Shown piece by piece: positions 47,759-62,300 of a DNA stretch of 64,000 nucleotides. Below the pieces are notes generated by a model. The model was not told the origin of the DNA. It saw nothing but the letters and a program-made list of their open reading frames with translations, and searched no databases. The stretch spans positions 23,622,001 through 23,686,000 of the forward strand of contig NC_092674.1 of NCBI RefSeq assembly GCF_964355755.1. The letters are read 5' to 3'. A program made the translations under genes and the position numbers. The stretch is from Antedon mediterranea. Lineage: Eukaryota; Animalia; Echinodermata. Position 1 is the stretch's first letter. Every line of letters starts with the position of its first letter.

Positions 47759-50700
47759 ATGACATCTTCAGTTAAACGCCCATATGATACCAAACGGAGA
47801 CTGATGCTAAACATGGATTACAAAGTGTATTGGCTGCTTACTAAGTTCCTTGTACCACTTGCATTAACTACATTTGTTTCCGATGTTGGTGAACAGGTAA
47901 ACCCCACAGGGAGACCAGGGGGAATATAAATTGGAGGCCTACATCTAATGTTTTTGGAAGAAACTTTGAATGGAAATGTTTCATGCTTTATTCATGCTTA
48001 ATTTTTTATTTCTTTGTTAACACTCAAGACCAGGTTCCGATCCGGAATCAACTCATGAACGTATTCATTTTAGGCTACTTCTGAGAAAACAGATATGCAC
48101 TGCAGCAGGCTTTTTTTTTGCAGGCATTAAGAAGATCATCACTTAATGTATATTTTTATATTGAATTTTGTTGTATTTTGGAATACAATTATGAATTTGC
48201 GTTTCTCTTATCTCTGAACTTTTATCAAGATTAAACTTAACTTAAAATATATACAATTAATAAACAATATTGTGTTTTTCTTTCAAGCATCATTTATTTC
48301 TCTCTCTTTTTGGCCTCAGGTTTTGAACAGGGGTTTATCATCTACAGAAAATGCCACTGAGATTCTGGCTGCTTTTGGTATAGCATTCTCACTCACAAAG
48401 TTTGCTGCCGGACCTTTTGAAGAATTCAAGAATGTCGCCTTGGTGTTAGTACATTGCAAGAAGGAAGCAAAGATCGGGTTACTAACACTGTTTTTAATTT
48501 GGGTCATCGTTCTGATATTTGCTTTACTAACAGGTAAGTATAATAATTATAACGAAACCAATTGAATTCCTACTTTATTAACATGAATTAATGATAATAC
48601 TGTAATTATCAATAACGTAACATTTTTCAGAAACGTCTGGCGTTGTTGAAACCATTAAGGAATGGAGTAACTAATGCAGGAACTACATTTTGTATAACTT
48701 TTTACCTTGTTTTTGTTAAAATAATTTTCTCCATGTTATTAATGTGATATTTCATTCTAAATAGCTTATACCGATTTCGGCTACTTCATCACACATACAC
48801 TTTACAGTTTAGACAAAGACGTCGGACAGGACATACAAACAGCGATGCTAATGCTTTGCGGCTTCCCACTTTTACAGGGATTGGTAGGTTTATTAGAACA
48901 TAGCAAAATACAAGGTAACAATATTAAAACATAAAATATATTAATATATATATTTTCACTTGCACTGATGAAGTTTTGCTCAACAGCTTTACTAATTTTT
49001 CTGGCTCTTTTTTTCTCGTTTTGATTTAGGTTTTTGCTTATTTTATTTTCCATCTCCAATGAGCCCAGACACAGTAGTGTCATTTTTTCAGTAATTTGCC
49101 TTGGGATTAACATATAATTTAATTGATATCAGAAGGCTATTCCTAGTCAGGTTATTTGAATCAGAAAAAGAACTCACTTGGACTGAGCGACTGAAGTGAA
49201 GGACTGACTTAAAGATGTATTGTCCCCCGAAAAACATGAAAAAATGAAGATTAATTTGAAAAAGAGACATTGAACAGGCTATTTTGCCTAAGTCAATCAC
49301 TTCCGTAGAAGAAAAAAATTAATTTGTAAAAGATTCAGTTCAAACGAAAACCCATGACTCAATTTAACTATTTTTTGGGGTTTAAATTACAGTTTCTTCA
49401 GGTAAATACTTTATTTTAGATCCAATTTTTGGTCATATATATACTATATATAGATAATAATAGACATTAAAATGAAATATTCAACAACAAGGCCATATAG
49501 ATGGCTGCAGTTGCGTGCTCAAGTTAGTGTTTACCGACCGACCGACCAACCGACCGACATAGTGAGCTGTAGAGTCACGTTGCACGCAACTAAAAGTATA
49601 TATTTTTTATATCATTAAGGGATTGCTTGCTATGTTAATGGGAAAGAATATAACATAAGGATTCTCTTACAACAAAAGAGAAAACAAATATTTAAAACAA
49701 TCATAATAATGTTTACCAGAAGATCCACTTTTTGTTTTAAAATAGATATTTTACTTAGCAGGATATATCCTGCAGATGAAATGCACATCTCTTGTTGGAA
49801 CCGCATCTGTGGTAGATGTAGCAGTCCAGGTCAGTATATTTAGAATTCACACAGAGGACATAGGTCAAATTTATCCGAACTGCAAAGTTTTTAAAATTAT
49901 ATAATGCTAGCCTGCCTTAACACAGTTTGAAAACTTGAGCAAACTCTGAGATTGCCGAGAACGATTTTCCAAAGATTGCTTGTTTCCAATGTTTAATAAA
50001 CCAATCTGCGAAACAAATCAACATTTTGTCATTTGATTCATTGTTAAAACGACATCCTCTGGTAACAGAGACTGTAGAAACAGTGCACAACTTGGAGTTT
50101 TCTGCTTTAACAGGTTTGGTAAGGTTGTAGACTATCACAAACACAAACTTCCTTAAATTTACAATCATTAAATTTACTTGCTCTTTTAAGGCTACTGTCT
50201 ACTTTCAGTGTTTTATTAGATTTATTCTATTTATGATATGTATAAAGAATACAATAACTATGATTGTTTGTCTTATAGGCGGGAACAATTTTTGGATTAT
50301 TGCAGTCAAATTTAGTAAATACAAAGCCTGTCCTAATTCCAATTTTTGCTGTCTATATTGGTGCCATAACCAGAGTTACTTTACTCTCAATTGGATTACT
50401 CGTCTTAAGACGATGGAAAAGGACGCCCCTTCCGAGTGAACTACAAACAACACACGTAAGTCATGTCAATCGAGCCAAGTATTAAGATGTTTGAATGTAC
50501 TGTAGTAAATGTCCATTTTTAGTCACGTGGACGTGACTCTATAGTTCACTATGTCGGTTGGTCTGTCGGTCTGTCTGTCGGTCCGGTATCACTATGCGTT
50601 TTATCGCTTTCTGACCTTATCTTGATATCAGTTTAATCTAGCTAAGTCAATTTTTCACAGTATATTCCTTATGGCCAGGAATCGATGTGGTTATGTTTTC

Positions 50701-53700
50701 ACGGTGCGCAATAAAAAATTACGCGGTCTACGCACGATTTAACGAAATAACGTTTGTAATCATATATTCACAACCATGAATCACAATTAAATAGAATTTG
50801 GTACTCATAAATTTCAGGGCATAAATCATCATATGGCAATACAATTACGTGCGTAGCGCATGTATATTTCAATATAAATAGTTTAGTATACATGTGCAAA
50901 TTCGATAGACCACAACATACTTACTAAAAAATGACCCTATTTTGGGATCAGAGGTATTGTACATAATAGTTCGGCAGTTATCTAAGCGAAAGAGAACAAT
51001 TCGTAACTATTGACGGTATAAATTCCCATAAAAAGTTGATAAAATACGGTGTCCCTCAAGGATCAATCTTGGGTCCGTTATTATTCCTAATGTTTGTAAA
51101 TGATATGCCATCAGTGTGTACCAGTACACAACTAATAATGTTTGCCGATAACATGTAAACGAAGCTATTGATATTATGAATAATGAATTAAGACAATTAA
51201 ATTTGTTGATTAAGGCAAACAAACTTACCATAAATACTAAAAAGACCAAATTTATTGTTTTAGTGATAGAAATAGTACTATTGATGCATCTCATGTAAAA
51301 CAATTGTATTGATCAAGACGTTATTACAAGAGTTTATCAAACAAATTTTTTAGGAGTCATACTTGATGAAAAATAAATTTCTTACAGCATATTAATGTAA
51401 TCACTAGCTTTGAATCTCTTAAAAACCATACTACCATATGAAATATTGCTCATTATTTATAAATCCCTTATCATTCCCATCATTACATATGGCATTACTG
51501 TGTGGAGTACTGGTAGCATAAATAATTTAAATAGAATTCACGTTTTACAAAAAAGGCCCTCCGAACAATATGTAAAGTCCACTACCTACATCCATCTTCT
51601 CCATTATTCATTAAAACTAATACCTTAAACATATTCGATCTATATGAAAAAAATGTAGCAAAATTAATGTTCCTCTACAAAAATGGAAAATTACCAGTCA
51701 TTTGATAGATTTTTCCACACATTCGACTCGTATCATGATTATAACACGCGAAATAAAAACCATCTTGCAATAGATCTGAAGCATACAAATACAAATGTTG
51801 GCCGTCAAGGCTTCTCGTAGGTCTAAGGTGTGGAACAATCTTTCGGACGATCTAAAACAATGTAAAAATATATAATTATTTAAAAAGAAATTAGATTGTA
51901 CTTATATTGAACGTTATCATTTTATAAAGTATTTGTGTCAAGAAGAAATCTGTCTTATTTGCAAAGAAAAAAAGTAATTATCATTATGTATTATTATTAT
52001 TATTATTTACAATGCTATTAATTATATGTATATAAGTTAGTATGGTTTCATATTAATTATCTTGCAGTACTATAAAAACTGTTTTTAGTAAATTTATATT
52101 CTTTCATGCATACTCTTAAAATGATTTGTTTTATATTTTTAAAGGGTGCCACAGTTGTATAAAGCTTTGCTTGTTCGTGGATGCCCTATTCCTTTTTCAT
52201 ATTATTAGCATTTGTTTTAAAATTGTTAAGTAACAAATTGTGATTTGGAATAGCGTGAAGAAAATTCGTATATTAAAAAAAATGAGTTTGTCAAGAAAAG
52301 CTAAAATGTAAAACAGTTTAAAATTCGTTAAACTGTAGAAAACAAATTTTGCAGAAAAGTCTACATTTAGTAAACATAGCATGGTTTGCAAAGTTGAGCA
52401 AACTCCAAGTTTGTAAAACCACAAAAAGTGTAGATGCTTAATGTACTAGTACACACACAGCCACTGATCATAACTGGGCCCTCTGGGAGACCACTCGTCT
52501 AAAGAGGTTACCCAGTATAAAATAAAATAACAAATAGAAATATCAACAACTAAGCGCAAATTACCCTATCAGGTGATATGCTACGTAACATAAATAATTA
52601 TTATTGCATTTTTTGGAAAATTCAGAAAGCTGAAAATAAATTATTTTTGATTAATCTTGATCCTTTCCTTCAGGAGAGCAACCTGAGTGTTTTAAAAGTT
52701 CTGAAATTTTGGTGGCCACTTGCGATTGTCCGAGGCGTTCAAACAATTAGCAGACCAATTATTAACTTGTTTGTAGCCAGAGATTTAAATGGGTCAGATA
52801 AGGCTATTCAGGTAAGACCAAGATGCTTTTTTGCAAATTCCAAGGAGAAAACATAGCTACTGGGCTTTGTAACAATCTGTCTTTTCTCTATACATTAATT
52901 ACATGAGTAAGGATAGTTGGGTTGGCGCTGTCAAAATGGAATGATTGATTGATAAAATCGACTAATAACAAATAAAATATGTATTTTCACCCTTTTCCCT
53001 TCTCATTGTTGCAATTTAAGAAATACCATCAAAAGTATGAAAATATTCATTAATGATTTTTGGGCATCAGTGTTTACTATTACGCTGTGTATTATTTCTC
53101 TGCGTAGTAAGAAAGTAAGTTAGTACATTTCCCTTGTTTGAATAAAATGATATCAAAACTCTAAATCTACCAGATTTTAAAGGGTATAATGGTTTTTTTC
53201 TCCGTATCAAAGGCATTAGCAGTTCTGACAATTGTATACCCAGTAGCCTTTGCTTCATTTCATTGGTTAGATGACTTAAAATCTATACAGCCTGCTTTTT
53301 TGAAGGTAAGAAATGAAAATATGGATATTGATTAAAGGTTTGCTTGGAAATTAAACATTAGTGACGTTATCGCAATCCTCACTTTACTATAATATGTTAG
53401 TTCATTACAATATTACCATATTGTATAATACAAATGGCAGCAGAAGTTGTTTTTCCCTGCTGTGCGTAAGGCAAAACATATGGCTTACTTAGCTCTGACG
53501 TAAAGCTACATTGTATCATGAAATAATTGAAACAAAGAACTTATAACACAAAAATCTCCTGTTCGCCCGAAGCGCATAACAATTTCGAAAGGCATTGTGG
53601 GAGAGAATAGAGCTAATGGGTGGCGCCATTGTGAGCCATGGAGTAGGGCGCCCGCATCAAATTAGAAAGTCAAAATCATAGAGGGGATCTGCTAATACTC

Positions 53701-56700
53701 TAGGCGGGGATAGAGTAATTGACTGAGGAGTAGGGCGCCCGCATCAAATTAGAAAGTCAAAATCATAGAGGAGATCTGCTAATACTCTAGGGGGGGGGGG
53801 GGAGGGGTGGGGTAGAATAATTTACTTCCTAGTTTGGAGGGGGCGCAGCTCCATGCTGTGAAAATGGCGTCGCCCAGTTTGACCTTTTAACCCTGTACTT
53901 CCGATACTGTGTTTTGAATGCAAATTGAAGAACAGGAGATTCTTGTGTTATAAGTTCTTTGATTGAAATACTGTTCAACGTATGACATTGATCCTATGAT
54001 ACAGGCGTCACATGTTACGCTTTATTATGGGATTTGTCGATGGCAATTTTCATTTTACATACATGAACTTTAAGAAAAAATGGAAAACAAATTCAGAACC
54101 TTTATCTCATACTCTTATTGCTACATCGTCATTGGTTGAAGCGACAGTGTTTTTGTTGTGTTGCTTTTTGTTAGTGCTGCTGCTTTTTTCAGTGTTTACA
54201 CTCTTTAAGACCATAACATTAAAAATTTAATTGGGCCGTCCAGTTTATTGTACCACTTACATGTTTATAGACTGGCTGTAATGTTGTAATTTATATACGA
54301 TATAATTTTGCACGATTTAACAAAACACACAGAGATAATGATCACAATTAACAACTTACCGAAAGTCAATTTTAATGATTAAAGCAATAAGTTCGTTCTG
54401 TATTTACATATTTTCCATCCGGCTTAATTATGTCTCCAATTAAATCTAAATTTTAAATAATTCTCAAAATATGTATTTTCATTGTTTTTCAAACTAGTAT
54501 TTTTTCAAATTTATAATTCAAAAACAATTCCATATTTAGCATTGTTAATATATTTTTAAAATTTGGTACTAAATTACCATTAATATACCGTAAAACATTT
54601 GTTGACGTGTGCAAAATTAAACTTGGAAAAAGCTCACCTCGAATCACTGGGCTTCTTTTCAAGATATTATGTGAAGGCCAAATTAATTGTATTAAATCAA
54701 AATATAGGCCTAATATAGAAAAAAAATTATAAAAAAATATAAATTTGGAAACATTCCAAATAGAATAATTTAAATTGATTGATTAATTTGATTACTACAA
54801 TGGCAACAATAACGTAAAATAGATATTATTTTAAAATTAAGCTGGCTTTTATATTAAGTGGCATGTTGTTGTTGTTAAAAGTCTGTTTCTCTGTATATAT
54901 GTTTTTGTATTGTATGAAATAGATAATGGAAAAAAATGAAAAAATATACAAATTTCAATTGGAGTTTTACAATGTAATGATATACTAAATTTAAAATGAA
55001 TTTACATTAACTGTTAATACTTATTTGCAATAATGTCATAATACTATTTTTTTCTTTTAGAAAACAGAGAGCACATTTGTAGAAAGAAAACATATAAGGA
55101 ACTTTGATTTATGTTGTGGTGCTCTGGGATTTGCGGTAATAATCTTTAATTACATTTGAACTGCAAAATATCGAACTTACTGCGGCAACCTTAGTTTAGT
55201 CTTAGCAATATACCTAGCAATTTACTGATATCGCCTTATTAGTTGTCTGAAAGTTCATTCAATGAATGAATTTACGAGCGAGGTCATACTGTAACTCAAA
55301 TTGATTTATACTTTTCAAATCTATAGTAATGTGCTGTTATTATACAAGAAAATTTACAGGCTTTACACATTAAGAAGCATTATTTTTATTCATTTTTAAA
55401 TATACTATGTCATAAAAAAACACGTTTTAACAATAATCACAAATATGTACAGTAGGCTACGCGTCACTTGCATGTGACAAGAAAAAAATGGTGAACATGA
55501 CCTTTGTTTTTATTATTTTATTAATACAAGAGAATATACATATTATATGCCTTATTATAGTGAACTTGTATAGGCCTATATTTAAATAATTTGTACTGCA
55601 AACTGAAATAGAAGTGGGACGAGCCCATAAAAGACAAAAAAAGAAGCATTTTATATAAATCCCCTTTTTTTCGCTGAGACCATGGATTACCATGGTAACA
55701 CCTACAATGATTTGTATTGTTTTAGGTATTTTTTAGTCTATTTTGGATCCCCGGAATTGTGGTAAATTTTTACACAAGTACTTTAGGCGTGTCTGAAGAG
55801 ATTGCAGAGATGTGCGTTGTACCATTAAAGATGTTTTCGGTGTTCACCTTAATAGGTAACATTACTTTGGCTGTGTTATAATTATAACTAGATATACTAT
55901 GTTCAATAGAACATAAACCCAGTCAGAGGAATGGAGTGACCTTTGACCACTCCATGAAGTTTACTATTGACTAAGTTTAATAAAAAAAAACTCGACCCCG
56001 GAGGGTCTGTTTTAACATCAACTTGGAAATAGTAAAGTTATTAACATGGTATTATGTCAATATAACTATTAATTTACTCTTTTGAGATGATCCCTACTAG
56101 CTTATGCTGGCTTGGTAATAATATTACAGTACAATATTACTAAACAGAAGTAAAAATTATTGCCTTTTTCAGTTGGATGGCGATCTCATATTACATCATG
56201 GTTGATATTACTTAAGAAGACGGTGGTAGTGTTTCCTAGCTCTGTAATACGAATGATCATATTTTTCGCCGTTTTGAATCTATTTCCACTACTTGGGTAT
56301 GTTTAGAAACGTGGTAAATGTCAGCTAAATATTTTTTATTTTTAAATTCTGTATTAAGTTACCAAAAAATTGCCTCCGTGATGTTTATATGGCGAATCCA
56401 TTTTCATTAGAAGAGATAGGGAGGGTCCCTTTTAAAATAACACATTTGTCAAACCATGTATACAGTTTGAAAAACGAAAGACAAATAATTATGAAACCAC
56501 ATTAGGTTTAAAAAAGGCGAGACATTGCCGTTTGCCACCCTTTGACATATGGTGGCATTATAAAGTACAGTAGTAACTAATGTAAGTACGCTTATCTCCT
56601 GATTTTTTTACTGTTACAGGATACATGGAGCACCTTTAGGAGTTGCAGCACTTTTGTCTGGTTTTGCAGTGGAAACACTATCAGTGCAAATAGCAACATT

Positions 56701-56928
56701 TGTTGTCGAATACAAAATGGTCAGTGTTATCGGTTGTTTTGTTTCTAGTTGTAACTAATAATAGTATTATAAGTAGTGATGTTTTAAATATTCATACCAT
56801 TAAAAATTGAATTTAAAAAAACCTCTTTAATACAAATGTCAATACAGAAAAGAAGCCGCCGTCCAGTTGCATCAAGCAAGCAATATGGAACGGCAACATC
56901 AACAACTGAAATCGAAACAATATCTTAG
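47759..56928 (+). CDS. ANKH: Progressive ankylosis protein homolog (ANKH), copy B, complete 12-exon gene, 490 aa
   Basis: Exons 47759-47896, 48320-48533, 48765-48883, 49746-49829, 50279-50455, 52674-52811, 53213-53305, 55061-55135, 55726-55855, 56173-56296, 56620-56719, 56848-56928. All GT-AG, phases consistent, 1473 nt. Motifs YWLLTKFLVPL..DVGEQ|VLNRG, FAAGPFEEFKNVALV, FWWPLAIV...ISRPIINLFVARDL, GIHGAPLGVAALL match the ANKH family and its 12-exon layout. Confidence 0.93.
50945..52080 (+). mobile_element. Degenerate L2/Crack-like LINE RT fragment in ANKH B intron 5
   Basis: GGTGTCCCTCAAGGATCAATCTTGGGTCCGTTATTATTC = GVPQGSILGPLLF, an FAD-like motif, KFLGVILDE, IYKSLIIP.ITYGITVW...LQKR. Many stops and frameshifts. 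Confidence 0.8.
53501..54025. mobile_element. TIR element with internal ~86 bp tandem duplication in ANKH B intron 7
   Basis: AAGAACTTATAACACAA.AATCTCCTGTTC (53536-53565) is inverted at ~53930-53960. GGAGTAGGGCGCCCGCATCAAATTAG... is duplicated at ~53640 and ~53727. Absent from copy A intron 7. Confidence 0.6.
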
Positions 56929-57010
56929 AGGGAAAAGAATATCTCGTAAACACAGACGCACTATTTAGCTGTAAAAACAAATGTTGTAAGCCAATTAGAA
57001 ACGGAATAAG

Positions 57011-57079
57011 AAACACCGGTTCTCTTCAGATCACCAAAGATAAGCAGCGTTGTATCTGGATGGGAGACTGTTTGGGAAT
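57011..57079 (+). pseudogene. 5S rRNA-derived fragment (pseudogene or SINE3 head)
   Basis: AAACACCGGTTCTC.TC.GATCACC.AAG.TAAGCAGCGT...TGGATGGGAGAC.G..TGGGAAT matches the internal 5S rRNA region (A box, C box). It has an internal deletion and lacks both ends. Confidence 0.7.
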
Positions 57080-57433
57080 TTATTTATTTTATTTTATTTT
57101 ATGTCTTTAGGCAATGTGGCCAAGGATTACCAATAGTGAATTAATCACTGTCCTATCAGATAGGTGGTAATCCCCCTGATACAGGGGCTATTGTGTGAAC
57201 CAGTTCACCGGGGTAACCCCCTACTCTTTTTCGAATAATGAACTGGGTTCTTTAAAGTACACACAGGTTATAACTGTGTACACTGGACCTACGGTTTATA
57301 GTCCTTATCCGAGAAGACTTGTTCCACCACCAGAACTAGGAGCGAGTCGGCCTCGAACCCTTGCCGATGTTGTTGTTGGCTCTTTAGGTACGGTAAACGG
57401 CGCCCCTGCCTTAACCGCTCGGCCATATGACTC
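57080..57433 (-). mobile_element. tRNA-headed SINE with Deu/Nin-type central domain
   Basis: Minus strand: A box TGGCCGAGCGG, B box GGTTCGAGGCC, core GTCTTCTCGGATAAGGACTATAAACCGTAGGTCC...TTAAAGAACCC...AAGAGTAGGGGGTTACCCCGGTG, and an (ATAAA)n tail. Confidence 0.8.
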
Positions 57434-57554
57434 GCATCAGGTGTAATGATAATATTGAACTAGCATGTGACATATGTACCTTTAAAATATATGAGGTTAG
57501 CTTAACTTAAGCTTAACTGGAAATTGTGGCGGAAAATCTGATTAGGCATTTAAA

Positions 57555-57715
57555 TGACCCAACCAGCCACCACAGTGCAGCACCTACCCGGATCAAAACA
57601 CCGGGAGACGATGCCCTAATCTTTTCGCATAGTGTACCAAGTTCTTTAACGTGCACTATACTAATAGTAATAACACTAATGCATCCAGGCAATGTCTTGC
57701 TTAAGGACACAACCA
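57555..57715 (-). mobile_element. Degenerate SINE fragment (Nin/Deu-like and CORE-like motifs)
   Basis: CCCTA.TCTTTTCG.ATAGTG...GTTCTTTAACGTGCAC and TGTCTTGCTTAAGGACACAAC resemble reverse-complemented SINE core motifs. Confidence 0.45.
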
Positions 57716-57851
57716 ATATGCACATACATGCTAGAATGATATAATCATAAGTAACACTTTATGTAGTTTACGACACTAAAGGTTTTCTAATGTAATATTT
57801 AATAGTTATGCATTTTTTGTGTCTTACAACAAATCTACATATGTATATATA

Positions 57852-58009
57852 TAAATCCAAAGGCAAATTACTGAAAAAAATGACAATTCTGTGGATATCA
57901 GTGGCTGGATCTCAATGGAGATACAAAAAAAAACGAAAAGCTAAATCAAAACGATAAAGTAAACAGCCAGAAAAGTTAGCAGAGCTTTCGGGCAACACTA
58001 GCCCTTCAT
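57852..58009 (-). mobile_element. Penelope-like pseudo-LTR fragment with hammerhead truncated in the CUGA box
   Basis: Paralog of 9283-9420. Minus strand reads ATGAAGGGCTAGTGTTGCCCGAAAGCTCTG with a perfect GGGC/GCCC stem II. TA repeats on both sides. Confidence 0.6.
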
Positions 58010-59310
58010 ATATATATCATAGTCACGGTATTACTATAAGCACATTAATATAGAAAATGTTTTAGGGCTCGTAAAACACAATAAATTAAAAAGGTGATGT
58101 TTAAACGTATTGATATCTTGTGATTTAACACATAAATACCATAATAAATTCCAGTAATTTGATTGGACGATTGTGGGCCACATGGCGTGCAATAGTACAG
58201 AAATAATGACTTAAACAGTGTAATTGTACAAATAATAGCATGAATGATGAAAAGTTATATTTAACATTTCATCATTCACCAAATGCCATTATTTGTACCA
58301 TTATACGAATATAAAACATTCATTATTTGTTTTATATAACATCTAAATAGATTCCTGCCATTTGAATAAGATAAAAGGTAGGGCTAGAACTCATCTAGGC
58401 TAATTATGTTTTTTCTAACGATTCTACGTCTTGTAGAGATGTTCCCATTAATCAAAATCCTACAAGCTAATGTAAATGCCTTTTTGATCTAAATTAGTAC
58501 ATATATATCTCTCCAAAAATGTACTTCCATCGCGAAACTTATAACTTTCATTCTTCGCGGCGAAATTACAAATAGAAAAAAGTACTATTAAACGATCGTT
58601 TAATAGTGCGTACTATTGTACGCCATGTGACGCATAATCGTCCAATCAAATGACAGGAATTTATTTAGGTGTTATATAATACGCATTATTGAACGGTCGT
58701 TCAATAGTACTTTCAAATGCTAATAATTTATTGGTACTGGGTCAATGCAACTCATTTCTCCAGGTGCGTCGGTTGGTGCAGGGCCTTTATTTATATAATC
58801 GCATTTATTTATCATTTAGATGGAGCAACCTGTTGTTCTGCCCTGTATATTGATTTTATAACTCTATTACACGAATTGATAAAGCATGTCATGCAAGTCG
58901 TAAGTATAAACCTGAGCAAATATTTTACATAATGCTACTATATCGACTTATTAGTTCGTACGTACGACTTTATCTCGTACATACAACTTACTATATCTTA
59001 GGTATGACATACCATCACCATACATACCCACTCTACACCACCGGTGGTGTAGAGTGGGTGGGCTACACGCTCTCTGAGGTGGGTTTCTACTAGTTGTATA
59101 AGTTTATCACATTAATATATAAATATATTCGAAATGAAATCATTATTCTTACAGCTGATGATATAAAAGTGTGATAACCCACAATTAAAAACAAGAAAAA
59201 AGATAATTGCTTTTTTTACGCTGATTGTTATTATCAATGTTCGTTTGCAACATCAAGGCATAATTAATCTAAATAACAAATTAAAATGCTATGTCACCGT
59301 TTTAAAAACC

Positions 59311-62300
59311 ATGAAATCTACAGTTAAACGGCCATCATATGATACCAAACGGAGACTGATGCTAAACATGGATTACAAAGTGTATTGGCTGCTTACTAAG
59401 TTCCTTGTACCACTTGGCTTCACTTCATTTGTTTCCGATGTTGGCGAACAGGTAAACTTCATGGGTAAACCATATACGGGTATTAAATAAATGGGTACGG
59501 TACATTCGTTTTGTGTTCCGAATGTAAGGACTATAATTAATTTGTTTTCTCTTTTGCGAGTCTTCCCCGCTTTTATTTCATTCAGCATACATTATGCTTA
59601 CGTATAGAAAACGTAATTAGTATACCTATTAAATTGTATTTTAACCTTTTTTAGTCGCGTGGAAGCGACTCTATAGTTCACTATGTCGGTCGGTCGGTCG
59701 GTCTGTCTGTCTGTCGGTCCGGTATCACTATGCGTTTTATCGCTTTCTGACCTTATCTTGATATCAGTTTAATCTAGCTAAGTCAATTTTTCACAGTATA
59801 TTCCTTATGGACAGGAATCGATGTGGTTATGTTTTCACGGTGCGCAATAAAAAATTACGCGGTCTACGCACGATTTAACGAAATCACGTTTGTAATCATA
59901 TCTTCACAACCATGAATCACAATTAAATAAAATTTGGTACTCATAAATTTCAGGGCATAAATCATCATATGGCAATACAATTACGTGCGTAGCGCATGTA
60001 ACGCATGCGTACGCGCGCTTAAAATTTTCAAAATTTATTTTCGACGAAATAAGAGTACGTTTCAGGCAATTTTAAGCGTTTACAAAATTGCCATGAGTGC
60101 GCAGATTTTTGCGCGCGCACTGCGCGTTAAATGTTGTTGCGCACTCTTTTTGCCCGATTTCTGTTTTCTTGACTTACTTTTCAACTCGAAATTACGTTAT
60201 ACGAGCACGTCAAAAGTGACAGGCTACGCACGTGTAAATTAAAAAAATATAACTGTTTGTTTTTGTTTTTTCTCTCCGTATTTTTGTTTTGGTTATGTTT
60301 CTTAAATCAAATTATTTATTAAATCATGAAGTTGGATTTCTCGGATCTCTGAACTATTTCTCGAGATTAAACTTTTAATAATATTTGTGTTTTTTAAAGC
60401 GTTATTTTTTTTTTTTTGCCTCAGGTTTTGAACAGGGGTTTATCATCTACAGAAAACGCCACTGAGATTCTTGCTGCTTTTGGTATAGCATTCTCACTTA
60501 CAAAGTTTGCTGCCGGACCTTTTGAAGAATTCAAGAATGTCGCCTTGGTGTTAGTTCATTGCAAGAAGGAAGCAAAGATCGGGTTATTAACAATGTTTTT
60601 GGTTTGGGTCATCGTCCTGATATTTGCTTTACTAACAGGTTATTCAGTGATTTCAGTTTACTCACATACAAGTACAATATAACGACACCAAATTAATTCA
60701 TACATTAACATAACGACATGCAACACCTCATACATACACTGACCATCTGCACCCACAGAGAACAAACAATGCACCGTCTTTTTTTTACCGTTAAGCATTG
60801 TGTGTAATCATTTATAAACTCACGGACCTACCAAACAACATTGTTGGAACATTTTTCCTTAAAATAAAATGCCTATAAGAAAATTAATCTCTCACGATAC
60901 AGTAATAAAGAGTATTTCACGTACTTCACCTATTATTATATATAAAATATTAAAAATTATTATTCAATGTTTTTCATAAACATATTTGGCTGCCCTTGTC
61001 GAAACTAATAATGGACCATGTCAAAATTATTCTACTGCAGTTACTGCAATAACTATGTATACTCTTACACCTGTTGTGTTTAAATAATTATCATTAGGAG
61101 TTGCGATGTATTTTTATAGTGTCATCCATTTTACCACTGAAATATTGTATACTAAATAGCATATACCGAATTCGGGTACTTCATCACACATACACTTTAC
61201 AGTTTAGACAAAGACGTCGGACAGGACATACAAACAGCAATGCTAATGCTGTGCGGCTTCCCACTTTTACAGGGATTGGTAAGTTTATTTTAAAAAAAAG
61301 GCAACAATACAAAAAACATCAACCATATAGTTATAGATAGAACTGGTACTAAACTACAAAGAAGATGCTAATCTTTTTGACTTAACATGAAAGTATGCAC
61401 CTTCATGGAAGTTTTTTGGTCTAGCGACTGACATTTCAGTCTTTTCTTGCCCGGCCCAAGGATGGGACTTGTTTTTTTGACCAAGAATCGATACATCACA
61501 CCACTTCGATTGTGGACAGGCCTTTTCAAGGTTGAAGTCTGTTTCAAATCGGTCACGGACCAATCGGAAGAAATCGATTATTCGATCTTTAGGAGTGTGT
61601 ACATTGTATGTGCATATCAAAAGATCCAGTTACTAATTTTTACCTTTTAAATAGATATTTTACTTAGCAGGATATATCCTGCAGATGAAATACACATCTC
61701 TTGTTGGAACCGCATCTGTGGTAGATGTAGCAGTCCAGGTCAGTATATTTAGAATTCACACAGAGGTCAAATTAAGTATAACTGCTGCAAAGCTTTTAAA
61801 ATTCGCTGCATCAGTACTTCTATGAATGTATGGCTACTGTAGTTGAGAGCAGAATCGCTTGTAGACAAAAGCCAGTACCATTTTGAGATCATTGGCAAAA
61901 TTACTCAATGCGGTCAAATTAAGTCGGAGTTTATTTTATTTTTTTTTTACAAAATTCAAAGTTTAACGAAATGTAGACTAACTAGTTTGACCAAACCTTC
62001 TTGATCTCAGCAAACTTTAAGTTTGGCAAGAACAATTTTCCATAATGCTCGTTTGCACAAATTTAACCAAACAAGTTTAACCAAAATGTATACTATTTAG
62101 TTTGACCGAACCTTCATGAGAAACTAGTTTGCTGATAATTTTAACTTAGCAAACTCCAAGTTTAGCAACTTTGTTTTTAACCAACATGTACTAGATTTCT
62201 AAAGATTTTATCTAAACAAACTCCATGTTTGGTAGGCTTAAAAACTATTTTCCATATGCTAGTTTTTGCAAAATTTGACTAGTTAGTTTCACCGATTAAT

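Noticed and set aside
48964-48990. Other CTGATGA occurrences (also ~3961, 11718, 47651, 59155) as hammerheads
   Set aside because: No stem II followed by GAAA at the required spacing.
61354-61650. Overlapping ORFs in ANKH C intron 3
   Set aside because: Copy-specific intronic insertion with no domain I recognise. Probably a repeat fragment; needs BLAST.
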